Assembly (NCBI GenBank): GCA_041694815.1
Contig: JBGFSC010000054.1
Coordinates: forward strand, 1 to 54,589
Source of the DNA: Elusimicrobiota bacterium
GTDB lineage: Bacteria; Elusimicrobiota; Elusimicrobia; UBA1565; JACRDR01
Length of the DNA stretch: 54,589 bases
Direction: 5' to 3'
Part shown: positions 28,971-37,215 of the stretch, piece by piece
How the letters are laid out: every line of letters starts with the position of its first letter
How positions within the stretch are numbered: the first letter of the stretch is position 1
Notes under the pieces: generated by a model
What the model saw: the letters and a program-made list of their open reading frames with translations, nothing else
Database searches by the model: none
Told to the model about the DNA's origin: nothing
Translations under genes and position numbers: made by a program

Positions 28971-29453
28971 CTAAGCTTTAAATCTGCCCTTAAAAGAACG
29001 GTCCATGGAGCGCCGTTCTTCTTTTTTGCGGATCGAGTCGCGCTTGTCCGGCCCGCGGCGCCCCTTGCCCAGGGCCAACGCGACCTTGGCCCAGCCCCGC
29101 TTAAAATAGAGCTCCAAGGGGACGAGGCTGAGCCCCTTGGTCTTGAGCTTTCCCTCGAGCCTCTCGATCTCGCGGCGCTTGAGCAGCAATTTGCGGGTGC
29201 GGGTGGGGTCCGGGATTTCGGTCTTGGCGAAAGCGTAGGGCTGTATATGCATGTTATAGAGGAAAAGCTCCGCATCGTCCATCCGGGCGAAGCTGCCCTC
29301 GAGCACCGCCTTCCCTTGACGGAGGGATTTCACCTCGGGACCGAGCAGATGAAGCCCGGCCTCGAAGACCTCTAGGATCTCGTACTGATGCCGGGCTTTT
29401 CGGTTGGAGGCGACGATCCATTTGCCGTCTTCTTTCTCGGTCGACTTGCCCAT
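28971..29453 (-). CDS. smpB: SsrA-binding protein
   Basis: NRKARHQY, EAG..L.G.EVKSLR, RTRKLLL.RREI, GKG....DKR..I. Confidence 0.96.
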   Translation of the reverse strand: MGKSTEKEDGKWIVASNRKARHQYEILEVFEAGLHLLGPEVKSLRQGKAVLEGSFARMDDAELFLYNMHIQPYAFAKTEIPDPTRTRKLLLKRREIERLEGKLKTKGLSLVPLELYFKRGWAKVALALGKGRRGPDKRDSIRKKEERRSMDRSFKGRFKA

Positions 29454-29501
29454 GCGGTGTCAAAAGAAATAAAATGGAATTCTAGCAAATCCCCGCTTTA
29501 A

Positions 29502-29585
29502 GGGCAGGTGGCGGAATTGGCAGACGCGCACGGCTCAGGACCGTGTGGCCGCAAGGCCTTGGGGGTTCAAGTCCCCCCTTGCCCA
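29502..29585 (+). tRNA. tRNA-Leu(CAG)
   Basis: GGGCAGG/CTTGCCC acceptor stem, cacgg-ctCAGga-ccgtg anticodon arm, long variable arm, GGGGG-TTCAAGT-CCCCC T arm; CCA not encoded. Confidence 0.97.
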
Positions 29586-29647
29586 TTTTTCGTGTTCTAT
29601 CTGACAGATTTTCGGCTCCGGGGCCACTATGTCAGCCGTGGCCAGCA

Positions 29648-29838
29648 AACAACGGACACGGCGCCGACCGGAGTGTCGGCGCCGGACTTCGTCGCGCTTC
29701 GCGCGACGAAGTCCGAGGTTTCTCGCGAGTATTCCGCGCTCGGCATGCGTAGCACGCCGAGCCACGCGCCCGAGGCGCGTAAAAGTTGTCGTTCATCCAA
29801 AAGGCCCGCAATGGACACGGCGCCGACCGGAGTGTCGG
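29648..29838 (+). repeat. Multi-hairpin ~159-bp repeat unit (family A), copy 2
   Basis: ggacacggcgccgaccggagtgtcgg recurs at 29654 and 29813; homologous to 1-195 in inverted orientation. Confidence 0.9.
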
Positions 29839-29846
29839 TCGCGTAA

Positions 29847-31337
29847 ATGTCCATTCCCAAGCTTAATCTCCCGATAGCACTAGCCTTTTGCTTTTTGGCA
29901 TCCCTTCAGCTTCTAGCCTTGCCCGGCCGCTACCTGGGCCAGGAGCACGACGACGCCCAATTCGTACTGGCCGCGCACGGGTTGCTCGAGGGGCGTTACA
30001 GCCTGGGCATCAGCCCCGGCGACCCGCCGCTGACCATCGCCACTCCCGGCTATCCGCTGCTGCTCGTTCCAGCCGCGCTGGTTTTCGGCGAGCGTTGGCA
30101 AGCCTACTCGATTTACGCCTGGCTTTGGCTTCTGGCCTGCGACGTTCTCGTGTGGTTATGGTTGCGTAGGCGTTGGGAGGCCCCGGCCGCCGTCTTGGGA
30201 ACCGCCTTCTTCGGCCTTTGCCCGCTGGTGCTCTCCCGCGCCGGCGCTGTGATGAACGAGTTGCCGGCCCTCGCCCTCATCTTGGCCCTTTTTCTCGCCT
30301 TGGAGCGGCCTAGCTGGCCGGCATGGGCCTCGGGAATTTCTTTGGCTTTCCTTTGGCTTGTTCGGCAGGCGAGCGTGGCGCTTATGCCGGCGGTTTGGAG
30401 TTTTTACGCCCTGCGCCGGCGCTGGCGCGAGCTCGCCTGGTCCATGATCCCCTCGGCTGTGATTGTTGTCGGATGGACGCTATGGCTTCATTCAGTGGGA
30501 GCCAGGGTTCCGGAATCCGAGGAGCTTGCGCGTTCTTACGGGAGATGGTCGGAAGTGATCGCGGCGTTTCAGGAGAACGCCGTTTATTACGCACATCTGT
30601 GGGGGGCGATCTGCTTGCCTCGATCGCCCCGCAACGACTTATTGGAGCTATTTTGGGGCGCCTTGCTCGCGCTGCTGGTCGTTTATGGAGTGGTAAGGAT
30701 ATATCGCCGCGAAGGGATTTCTCCGCCCTTGGCATGGATTTTTTTCGGCGGCTTGATGCATCTTTTCTGGCCCTGGCGCTACGAACGCTATCTATTGCCC
30801 TTCCTGCCTTTCTTAATTTGGAGCTGCGGCGAGGGATTGAGATCGCTATGGGAATGGTGCCAGGGATTGACTTTCGCCCAAGCGAAAGTCAATCCCTGGC
30901 ACCATCGGATGCGATGGTTCTGCGCTGGCTGGCTCGCGGCGATCTTCCTCACGCAAGGAGTGTTTTGGATCTCCAGAAGCGACGAGGCCTCCCGTCCCGA
31001 GTTGCAAAAAACCTACGAGTGGATCCGCGCCAATACGGACGAACGGCAGGTCTTTTCCAGCTTTTTCTACATGCGCGATGCGCTATACGCCCCGCGGCCC
31101 TTCGCGCCGCTGCCGGCCGCCGATTCGGCGGAGCAACTGCGACGGGAGCTTGAGCGCCATCGCATCTCGATGATTCTCTGGCAGGAGCCCGGCGATGTCG
31201 GTTCTTCCCAGGGGAGCCGATTCTACGCGTACGATCGTGCCCGACGGCTACGCAACGCCCTGGCGGATCCCGCCTTTAAGCTTCTCTACCGCAACGAGGA
31301 GGAGGGAAGCTTCGTCTATCGGGTCGTTGAGCGATGA
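29847..31337 (+). CDS. GT-C fold (ArnT/PMT-like) membrane glycosyltransferase
   Basis: HDDAQF acidic motif after TM1, PGYPLLL, MNE.P, RYLLP; many TM segments. Confidence 0.75.
   Translation: MSIPKLNLPIALAFCFLASLQLLALPGRYLGQEHDDAQFVLAAHGLLEGRYSLGISPGDPPLTIATPGYPLLLVPAALVFGERWQAYSIYAWLWLLACDVLVWLWLRRRWEAPAAVLGTAFFGLCPLVLSRAGAVMNELPALALILALFLALERPSWPAWASGISLAFLWLVRQASVALMPAVWSFYALRRRWRELAWSMIPSAVIVVGWTLWLHSVGARVPESEELARSYGRWSEVIAAFQENAVYYAHLWGAICLPRSPRNDLLELFWGALLALLVVYGVVRIYRREGISPPLAWIFFGGLMHLFWPWRYERYLLPFLPFLIWSCGEGLRSLWEWCQGLTFAQAKVNPWHHRMRWFCAGWLAAIFLTQGVFWISRSDEASRPELQKTYEWIRANTDERQVFSSFFYMRDALYAPRPFAPLPAADSAEQLRRELERHRISMILWQEPGDVGSSQGSRFYAYDRARRLRNALADPAFKLLYRNEEEGSFVYRVVER
30854..30905. 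repeat. Palindromic element (family B) in frame within a CDS
   Basis: atggtgccagggattgactttcgc-ccaa-gcgaaagtcaatccctggcaccat, 24-bp perfect arms. Confidence 0.9.
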
Positions 31338-31375
31338 CAGTTTATTGACGAATTGATACAATCGCAGCACTTGCC

Positions 31376-32311
31376 ATGCTCACTCGCGAAGCGGGCTACC
31401 TCGAGCTGGCCTGTCCGGGCTGCGGCAGGGCGGCGCCGCGGGACCCACAGATCCACTCCGAACCCCGGGCGGAATCGCTTGAATTCGAGGGGCTGCAGTC
31501 CTACTGGCGGGGCTTCTTCAAGGATCGTGTTTTCTTCTCTTACCATCGCTGCGGGGGGTGCGGCCTTCTCTTCTGCCCGAGATTCTTCAACGAGGAGCAG
31601 ATGCGCTCGCTCTACCGGGACATGCCGGACAATATGGCGGAAGTTCCCCAGGAGCTGTTGCGCAGGACTCAGAGGCGCTATTTCGAGCTCTTCCGCGGGC
31701 ACGCAAGGCTCTCGGGGGAGTACCTGGAGCTGGGGCCGGACGTCGGGCTGTTCACCGAGCTCTGCGCGCGTGAGGGGAGCTTCAGCAGGCTATGGCTGTT
31801 CGAGCCAAACTCCGCCGTGCACGGCGAGCTCCGTTCCCGCGTCGGGAAAGTGCCGAGCGAGGTATTCCCGGCGATGTTCGAGCCGGAGCGCATCCCGGGG
31901 CCGCGGATCACGGCGGCCGCGATGATCCATGTCCTCGACCATGTCTTGGACCCGAAGGGCTTGTTGTCCGCGTTGCGGACCCGTCTGGCCCCCGAGGCGA
32001 CTTTGCTGCTCGTGACGCATGACGAATCCTCGTGGCTCGCCCGGCTGCTCGGCAGGCGTTGGGTACCCTACTGCCTCCAACACCCGCAGCTGTTCAACCC
32101 GCGCACGCTCTCGGCGCTGCTGTCGGGTAGCGGCTACGAGGTCGTCCGAATCGACCGTTCCGTCAACGATTTCCCCGCCGAATTCCTGCTGCGCCAGCTG
32201 TTTTGGGCGCTCGGCGCGGGCCGCCTGCCCGAATTTCGCATCCCCCTGCCAGCCTTGCCGCTCAGGCTGGGCAATATCGCCACCATTGCCCGGCCCGCGA
32301 GGAGCGCGTGA
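31376..32311 (+). CDS. Class I SAM-dependent methyltransferase with N-terminal zinc-binding motif
   Basis: CPGC and CGGC pairs; LELGPDVG; HVLDHVLDP; H..LF. Confidence 0.8.
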   Translation: MLTREAGYLELACPGCGRAAPRDPQIHSEPRAESLEFEGLQSYWRGFFKDRVFFSYHRCGGCGLLFCPRFFNEEQMRSLYRDMPDNMAEVPQELLRRTQRRYFELFRGHARLSGEYLELGPDVGLFTELCAREGSFSRLWLFEPNSAVHGELRSRVGKVPSEVFPAMFEPERIPGPRITAAAMIHVLDHVLDPKGLLSALRTRLAPEATLLLVTHDESSWLARLLGRRWVPYCLQHPQLFNPRTLSALLSGSGYEVVRIDRSVNDFPAEFLLRQLFWALGAGRLPEFRIPLPALPLRLGNIATIARPARSA

Positions 32312-33216
32312 AACGCACTACGGCGCAGCTGATATCCGAGATGGAGCGGGAAGGGTTTCTTTTCAAGAACTTCAGCCTGACGCACGAGGGGGCGTACGCG
32401 GTCGAGGATGCGGATTGGAACTATAAGGACGTGCCACATCTCCATCATATCCACGCCTTAGTCGAGTCCATCATCGCCTCCGTCGGCGACTCGGAGATCG
32501 CCACGATCAACGTGCAGAAGGTGCTGGGGGTGAGGTTCCCTCTCGCGTTATTCAATTACCAGTCGGCCCCGAACGCGCAGACCTACTACACGACCTGGCT
32601 GGTGTTCGTGCTGATCATCGAGAGCGCCTACGAGGCCCTCGGCCCGAACCGGACTCGGGTGCGCACGACATATCATCTCGGCGCTCCCCGGGGCTGGGGG
32701 TGGTGCTTCCCCTTGATCCGCTGGGTGCTGATGCGCAATTACCGCGCCTTGATGGCCGACGACCTCCCGATGCGTGAGCGCCGGGGGCAGTTGAGGGATT
32801 GGGGCTACTCCTTCAAAAAAAGGGGCGTGCTCCACAGCTTCGAGGATACGATGGACATCTCCGTTTCGAACGTCGTAGCCCCGGCGGGCCTTAGGTCCCC
32901 ATCCCTCCGGCTTAGGCTGGACCGGGAGCTGGCGGACGGAGAATTCCTCGTCGGACGAGACGACCATGTGGGCCTTCGCCTAGTGCGCGAGGGCAACGCC
33001 CTCCTAATTTTCCCGCGCCTCTGTCCCCATGAAGGGGCGAGCCTCGACGGGCAGCGCGCTTGCGAGCGAACGCTCCGCTGCCCCTGGCACGGGCGCCTGC
33101 TGCGTCCCTTGGGGACTCTGGACCTGCGCCAGCCGGGGTCGCGCTGCCTGACCGAATGCCATGAGATTCGGGTGGATTCAGGAGCCGTGACGGTGGCTCC
33201 TCGGGAAGGAGCATGA
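32308..33216 (+). CDS. Rieske non-heme iron oxygenase-like protein with reversed domain order
   Basis: N-terminal NYKDVPHLHHIH (NxxDxxHxxxxH) and ADDLPMRE; C-terminal CPHEG...CPWH Rieske motif; GTG start coupled to the upstream stop. Confidence 0.75.
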   Translation: MKRTTAQLISEMEREGFLFKNFSLTHEGAYAVEDADWNYKDVPHLHHIHALVESIIASVGDSEIATINVQKVLGVRFPLALFNYQSAPNAQTYYTTWLVFVLIIESAYEALGPNRTRVRTTYHLGAPRGWGWCFPLIRWVLMRNYRALMADDLPMRERRGQLRDWGYSFKKRGVLHSFEDTMDISVSNVVAPAGLRSPSLRLRLDRELADGEFLVGRDDHVGLRLVREGNALLIFPRLCPHEGASLDGQRACERTLRCPWHGRLLRPLGTLDLRQPGSRCLTECHEIRVDSGAVTVAPREGA

Positions 33217-35792
33217 GCGATACGCGACGCGATCTCCGCTTGTCGCTGCACTTTTTCCTTTGCAGCCCCGGATGGGTCGTCGTTCTTTTCATCCTATCGA
33301 GGCCCCTGGCTCGCGCGCTCTTCTCGGCGCCCTTGTCCGGCTTCAACGAGTGGGCGTCTCCGTTCTATTACGTCGCTAAGCCGCCGATGATGGTGGCCTA
33401 TGTTCTCGTCATCTTGGGCTTGCTCGCGTATTACTCCGCCCTTTTCGCGCTAGAAAGAAAGGGGTCCGGTGGCGCGTTTTTCGACTGGCTCGGCGAATCG
33501 CCTGCCCGGCGCTGGGCGTACTTCGCCGCCATTTTCGGAGGGGATCTCCTGGCCCTGTTGTCACGCAGCCCCTTGTCCGGTTCCTGGAGCTTCGCGGCGT
33601 GCGCCGCAGGCCTGCTGATCTGGGCAAACGCACTGCTCTCCCCGCTTTATTTCGAGGCCTGGCGGCGGCGGGAACGGCTTCGGGAACAGGTGGGCATGCC
33701 GCAGCCCTCCTTTGAAGCGGCATTGGCGGGCCTGCTCTTCATCCAGTTTCTCTTGTCCTTGTGGCCCTTCCTCAATGGGCGGCCGCAGATGATCAATGAG
33801 TACCTCGACATCCCGGAGCAGACCCGCATGGCCTCGGGCTATGTCGATAACGCCGCCTATATCAATCAGCACGATATCGGGGGCCTGCGCAAATACCATC
33901 CGGACGTCGATCGCGGAAACGCCCCCGCCCCGCGGCCCGGGACCTATATCCCGTTTCCCAAGAGCGAGGCGCTCGGCGAGTTCCTTAGGGATCGGGAGGA
34001 TTCGTTCTATTACGACGACGCCCGCGGTATTCTCGTCGCCCGGAATATGACGCCAATGGAGCGCTACGAACTGCACGCGCTCACCAAGGAACCGGCGCAG
34101 CGAGGCTGGGTGGACCGGCTCTTCTATTCGATTCAGAGCATTTCCGGGGAGCGCAAAAATCCAAGCTTTACATCCGAGCAGAAGGATTTCCTAGAGAAGA
34201 ATGCGTTCGAGCTACATTGGCAGATATTGAACCGCTGGGTGATCCATCATCACAACTTCGTCCTCGGGCCGATCAGCGCCTGGGCCCTGGGCAGGCCGCT
34301 TAAGGAATTGAGCGTCCAGTACGGCATCGGGAACCTGCTGTTGACCAAATTCCTGATGGAGCGCATCGGGGCCATCGATTATCCCAGCTATTTCCGAGTC
34401 TGGTACTCCTATTGGCCGCTGTATTTCGCCTTGGCCTTGGCCGGCGTTTGGTTCCTTTTTGGACAGGCCAGCTACGTCATCCTCTTCGCCTTGTTGAGCT
34501 TCGGCTCCATTCAATTCCTAGATTTCGAGTTCTTATTCCTGGGCCCCGGGCTCAATCCCATCCGGCATTTTTTCGACATCCCGATCGCCGTGGCCTTGTT
34601 CCTGTACGCGAAGGGGGGCAAGGCGCGTTGGCTGGGCGCCGCACTCCTCTTGTCGCTGCTGGCGGTGTTCAATAACGTCCAATTCGGGCTTTTCGCTTTC
34701 GGGGCGGCCGCCGTGGCGCTCGGGGTTTCGGCGCTCGAGCGCGGCCGCGCCGAACGGAATAAGGGGCTACTGGCGATATTCGCCGGTGGCCTGGCCGTCG
34801 CCGCGCTGATGGCGGCGCTCAAGGGCATGTTCGGCGACGATTACATGTCCCAGTATTATTTTAAGGGCTTCGCGAGCTTTCCCATGACCCAGAAGGAGTT
34901 CTTCGCCATCGTGGCTGTAGTCAGTACCTGCTACTTCGCGCTGTTGACGCATTGGGGCGAAAGGGATCCATTTAAATTCGTCGCCTTATATTTTGTCCTC
35001 TATGCCCAATTCATCATGTTCTATTACGTCTGGGGCAAAACCAACGCCCATGCGCTCAAGCTGGTGCCCGTCATCGCGCTCGCGGCTCTAGCACTTCTCA
35101 AACAGGTATTATCGGCCCGAGCGCCGCGCTACGAGACCCTGATGCTGCGTTCGCTGGCCTTGGCGGCCCTGCTGTGCCTCTACGTTCCTTCACTGTACGT
35201 CTACGGCAGCTCCAGGCTTCGCTACGAGCGGATTTTCTCGGACCACAAGGTATACTCCTGGAGCTTGCCGCGCGCCCGCTTTAAGTCGACGATGGATCCG
35301 AGATATTTCGAGGACTCCGTCGGGCTGATCCGGAAATACTCCGAGGGCGAGCAGGGCATCTTCATCCTTTCGAAGTACGACAGTTTCTTGACCTTCCTGG
35401 CCGAGCGCTACAGCCGCATGCCCTTTCTCGATGTCTCGTGGTTCCTGTTGACTCATAGGGAGACAAGGCGCTGCGTCGATTCGATCCGTGAGGCGCGCCC
35501 GGAGCACTTGTTCGTCGACACCGATATCGACCGCAGCTTTAACGGGGAAATCATCGAAAACTCGCTGCCGGTGCGCTCCGGTGGGCGGCTAGAGTCGGTC
35601 CTTCGGGTCCAGAGGCTAGGGGAGCTCAAGAAATTATTCAACGCGGTCCGCGAGGAATACGCGCCGGTGGAGCGCGGGTCCCTGATTACGGTCTACCGCC
35701 GCTTGGCGACGGTTAAAAGGAATATGCCGAACGGCAGGAGGCCGGAAGTCCTACGCACCAAGGGCAAGAGGCGGTCGATGAGCGCGATCTGA
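33213..35792 (+). CDS. Large polytopic membrane protein (possible GT-C/oligosaccharyltransferase-like)
   Basis: 859 aa with many TM helices and a large extracytoplasmic loop; located in the glycan locus. Confidence 0.55.
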   Translation: MSDTRRDLRLSLHFFLCSPGWVVVLFILSRPLARALFSAPLSGFNEWASPFYYVAKPPMMVAYVLVILGLLAYYSALFALERKGSGGAFFDWLGESPARRWAYFAAIFGGDLLALLSRSPLSGSWSFAACAAGLLIWANALLSPLYFEAWRRRERLREQVGMPQPSFEAALAGLLFIQFLLSLWPFLNGRPQMINEYLDIPEQTRMASGYVDNAAYINQHDIGGLRKYHPDVDRGNAPAPRPGTYIPFPKSEALGEFLRDREDSFYYDDARGILVARNMTPMERYELHALTKEPAQRGWVDRLFYSIQSISGERKNPSFTSEQKDFLEKNAFELHWQILNRWVIHHHNFVLGPISAWALGRPLKELSVQYGIGNLLLTKFLMERIGAIDYPSYFRVWYSYWPLYFALALAGVWFLFGQASYVILFALLSFGSIQFLDFEFLFLGPGLNPIRHFFDIPIAVALFLYAKGGKARWLGAALLLSLLAVFNNVQFGLFAFGAAAVALGVSALERGRAERNKGLLAIFAGGLAVAALMAALKGMFGDDYMSQYYFKGFASFPMTQKEFFAIVAVVSTCYFALLTHWGERDPFKFVALYFVLYAQFIMFYYVWGKTNAHALKLVPVIALAALALLKQVLSARAPRYETLMLRSLALAALLCLYVPSLYVYGSSRLRYERIFSDHKVYSWSLPRARFKSTMDPRYFEDSVGLIRKYSEGEQGIFILSKYDSFLTFLAERYSRMPFLDVSWFLLTHRETRRCVDSIREARPEHLFVDTDIDRSFNGEIIENSLPVRSGGRLESVLRVQRLGELKKLFNAVREEYAPVERGSLITVYRRLATVKRNMPNGRRPEVLRTKGKRRSMSAI

Positions 35793-37102
35793 AATTCGGG
35801 CACGCTTTTTCTGCGCAGCAGCTTCCCGTTGAACCACCAACCCAAAGCCGAGATCGGATCGAGGAATCGAGACTGGACCGGCTCGAATCCGGCCTTCTTT
35901 AACTTCTCTTCGAGCCCTTTCGCGTCGTAGCGGCGCAGATGTCCTAGCTTCCGGTCGAGCGGCCCGTAGAGGGCCGAATGGGCCGCTACGCTGAGGACGA
36001 GCGTGCCTTGCGGGCGGAGCAGCCGGCGCATATGCGACAGCGCCCGGACATCGTCGTCGATGAATTCGAGCACTTGAGAGCAAACCACGCTGTCGTAGCG
36101 TTCGCTACGCTCGCCCAAGGCCGGGCCGGGTTCGAGGATGTCCAAAGGGGCGACCTCGACGTAGCCCCAGTCCCCGTAAAGGGCCGAGAGTCGGCGCAGA
36201 GGCGCCGGGTCGGCGTCCGTAAGCGTGAGCCGCTCCCGGTCTAAAAGAAAGCGCGAGCTGTTCCCGCTGCCGGCCCCGATTTCGATTACCGTAGCACCCA
36301 AATACGGGCGGTATTGCTCGGCCACGTACGCGCTGTGCCGGCTGGCGATGGGCCGACCCCGAAGGGGCGGGGCGCAGCCCTCGACGCAGAGATCGTCGCT
36401 GCAGTAGGCCTTGAGCATCATCCAGGCGCCGCTCAAGGCGTCCTTGAAGGTTATTTTTTTCCCCTCGGCGTAGGTGCGGCCGCTGTAGCGTATCGGCACC
36501 TCGTAAATGCTGCAGCCGAGGCGGGCCATCTTGATGGTCATCTCCGGCTCGAACTCGAAATGCCGTGCCGAGAAGGGGATTTTTTTGACGACATCCGCCC
36601 GGAAGGCCTTGTACCCCGTCCAGACATCGGTGAGGTTGAGGTTCGTGAACACGTTGCAGGCCAGCGTGAGCAGGGTGTTGGCGACCTGGTGCCAGAATAA
36701 GAGGGCGCGCTTTTCGGAGGGCAGGAAACGGGAGCCGTAGACCGCGTCCGCCTTCCCCTGGACGATCGGCGCGATCAGGCGGGGATAATCCTCGGGGTTA
36801 TATTCGAGGTCGGCGTCCTGGATGATGAGTATCTCCCCGGTGGCCGCCTTGAACCCGTCGGCAAGGGCCGACCCCTTCCCCTCGTTCTTGTCGTGCGCGA
36901 TGAGCCGGAACGCGGCGGCATGGGAGGCGTATCGGGCGCGGAGGCCTTCGAGTATCTCGCGGGTACCGTCCGTGGAGCCATCGTCGATGACGACGACCTC
37001 CGACACCTCGGGACGCGCGAAGACGCGCCGGAGGATCTCGCGGATCGTAAAGCACTCGTTGTAGGCGGGCAGGATGACCGAAACGGCCGGCGTCGGCGCC
37101 AT
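35693..37102 (-). CDS. DPM1-like GT2 fused to a class I methyltransferase domain
   Basis: SVILPAYNE, DDGSTDGT, QDADLEY.P.DY, VYGSRF; C-terminal IEIGAGSG, VLE.IDDD, GH.RRY. Confidence 0.88.
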   Translation of the reverse strand: MAPTPAVSVILPAYNECFTIREILRRVFARPEVSEVVVIDDGSTDGTREILEGLRARYASHAAAFRLIAHDKNEGKGSALADGFKAATGEILIIQDADLEYNPEDYPRLIAPIVQGKADAVYGSRFLPSEKRALLFWHQVANTLLTLACNVFTNLNLTDVWTGYKAFRADVVKKIPFSARHFEFEPEMTIKMARLGCSIYEVPIRYSGRTYAEGKKITFKDALSGAWMMLKAYCSDDLCVEGCAPPLRGRPIASRHSAYVAEQYRPYLGATVIEIGAGSGNSSRFLLDRERLTLTDADPAPLRRLSALYGDWGYVEVAPLDILEPGPALGERSERYDSVVCSQVLEFIDDDVRALSHMRRLLRPQGTLVLSVAAHSALYGPLDRKLGHLRRYDAKGLEEKLKKAGFEPVQSRFLDPISALGWWFNGKLLRRKSVPEFQIALIDRLLPLVRRTSGLLPFGIFLLTVAKRR

Positions 37103-37122
37103 CAAGGAAAGTTTAGCAAAAA

Positions 37123-37190
37123 CGGTGCCAGGCATTGACTTTCTTAACTTTCGCTTTAGCGAAAGTTAAGAAAGTCAATGCCTGGCACCG
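37123..37190. repeat. Palindromic element (family B), 33-bp perfect arms
   Basis: cggtgccaggcattgactttcttaactttcgct-tt-agcgaaagttaagaaagtcaatgcctggcaccg, between divergent genes. Confidence 0.95.
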
Positions 37191-37215
37191 AATCGGATTT
37201 GTTAAACTGCCGCTG

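Noticed and set aside
28414..29500. tmRNA (ssrA) next to smpB
   Set aside because: No tRNA-Ala-like ends or tag reading frame were seen.
29508..29877. Short ORFs over tRNA-Leu and the repeat
   Set aside because: They overlap a tRNA and a GC-rich palindrome that is open in several frames; no protein motif.
37113..37215. N-terminal extensions of ORFs 37135 and 42367, and ORF 37113-37721
   Set aside because: These are translations of the palindromic elements; the likelier starts are 37216 and 42460.
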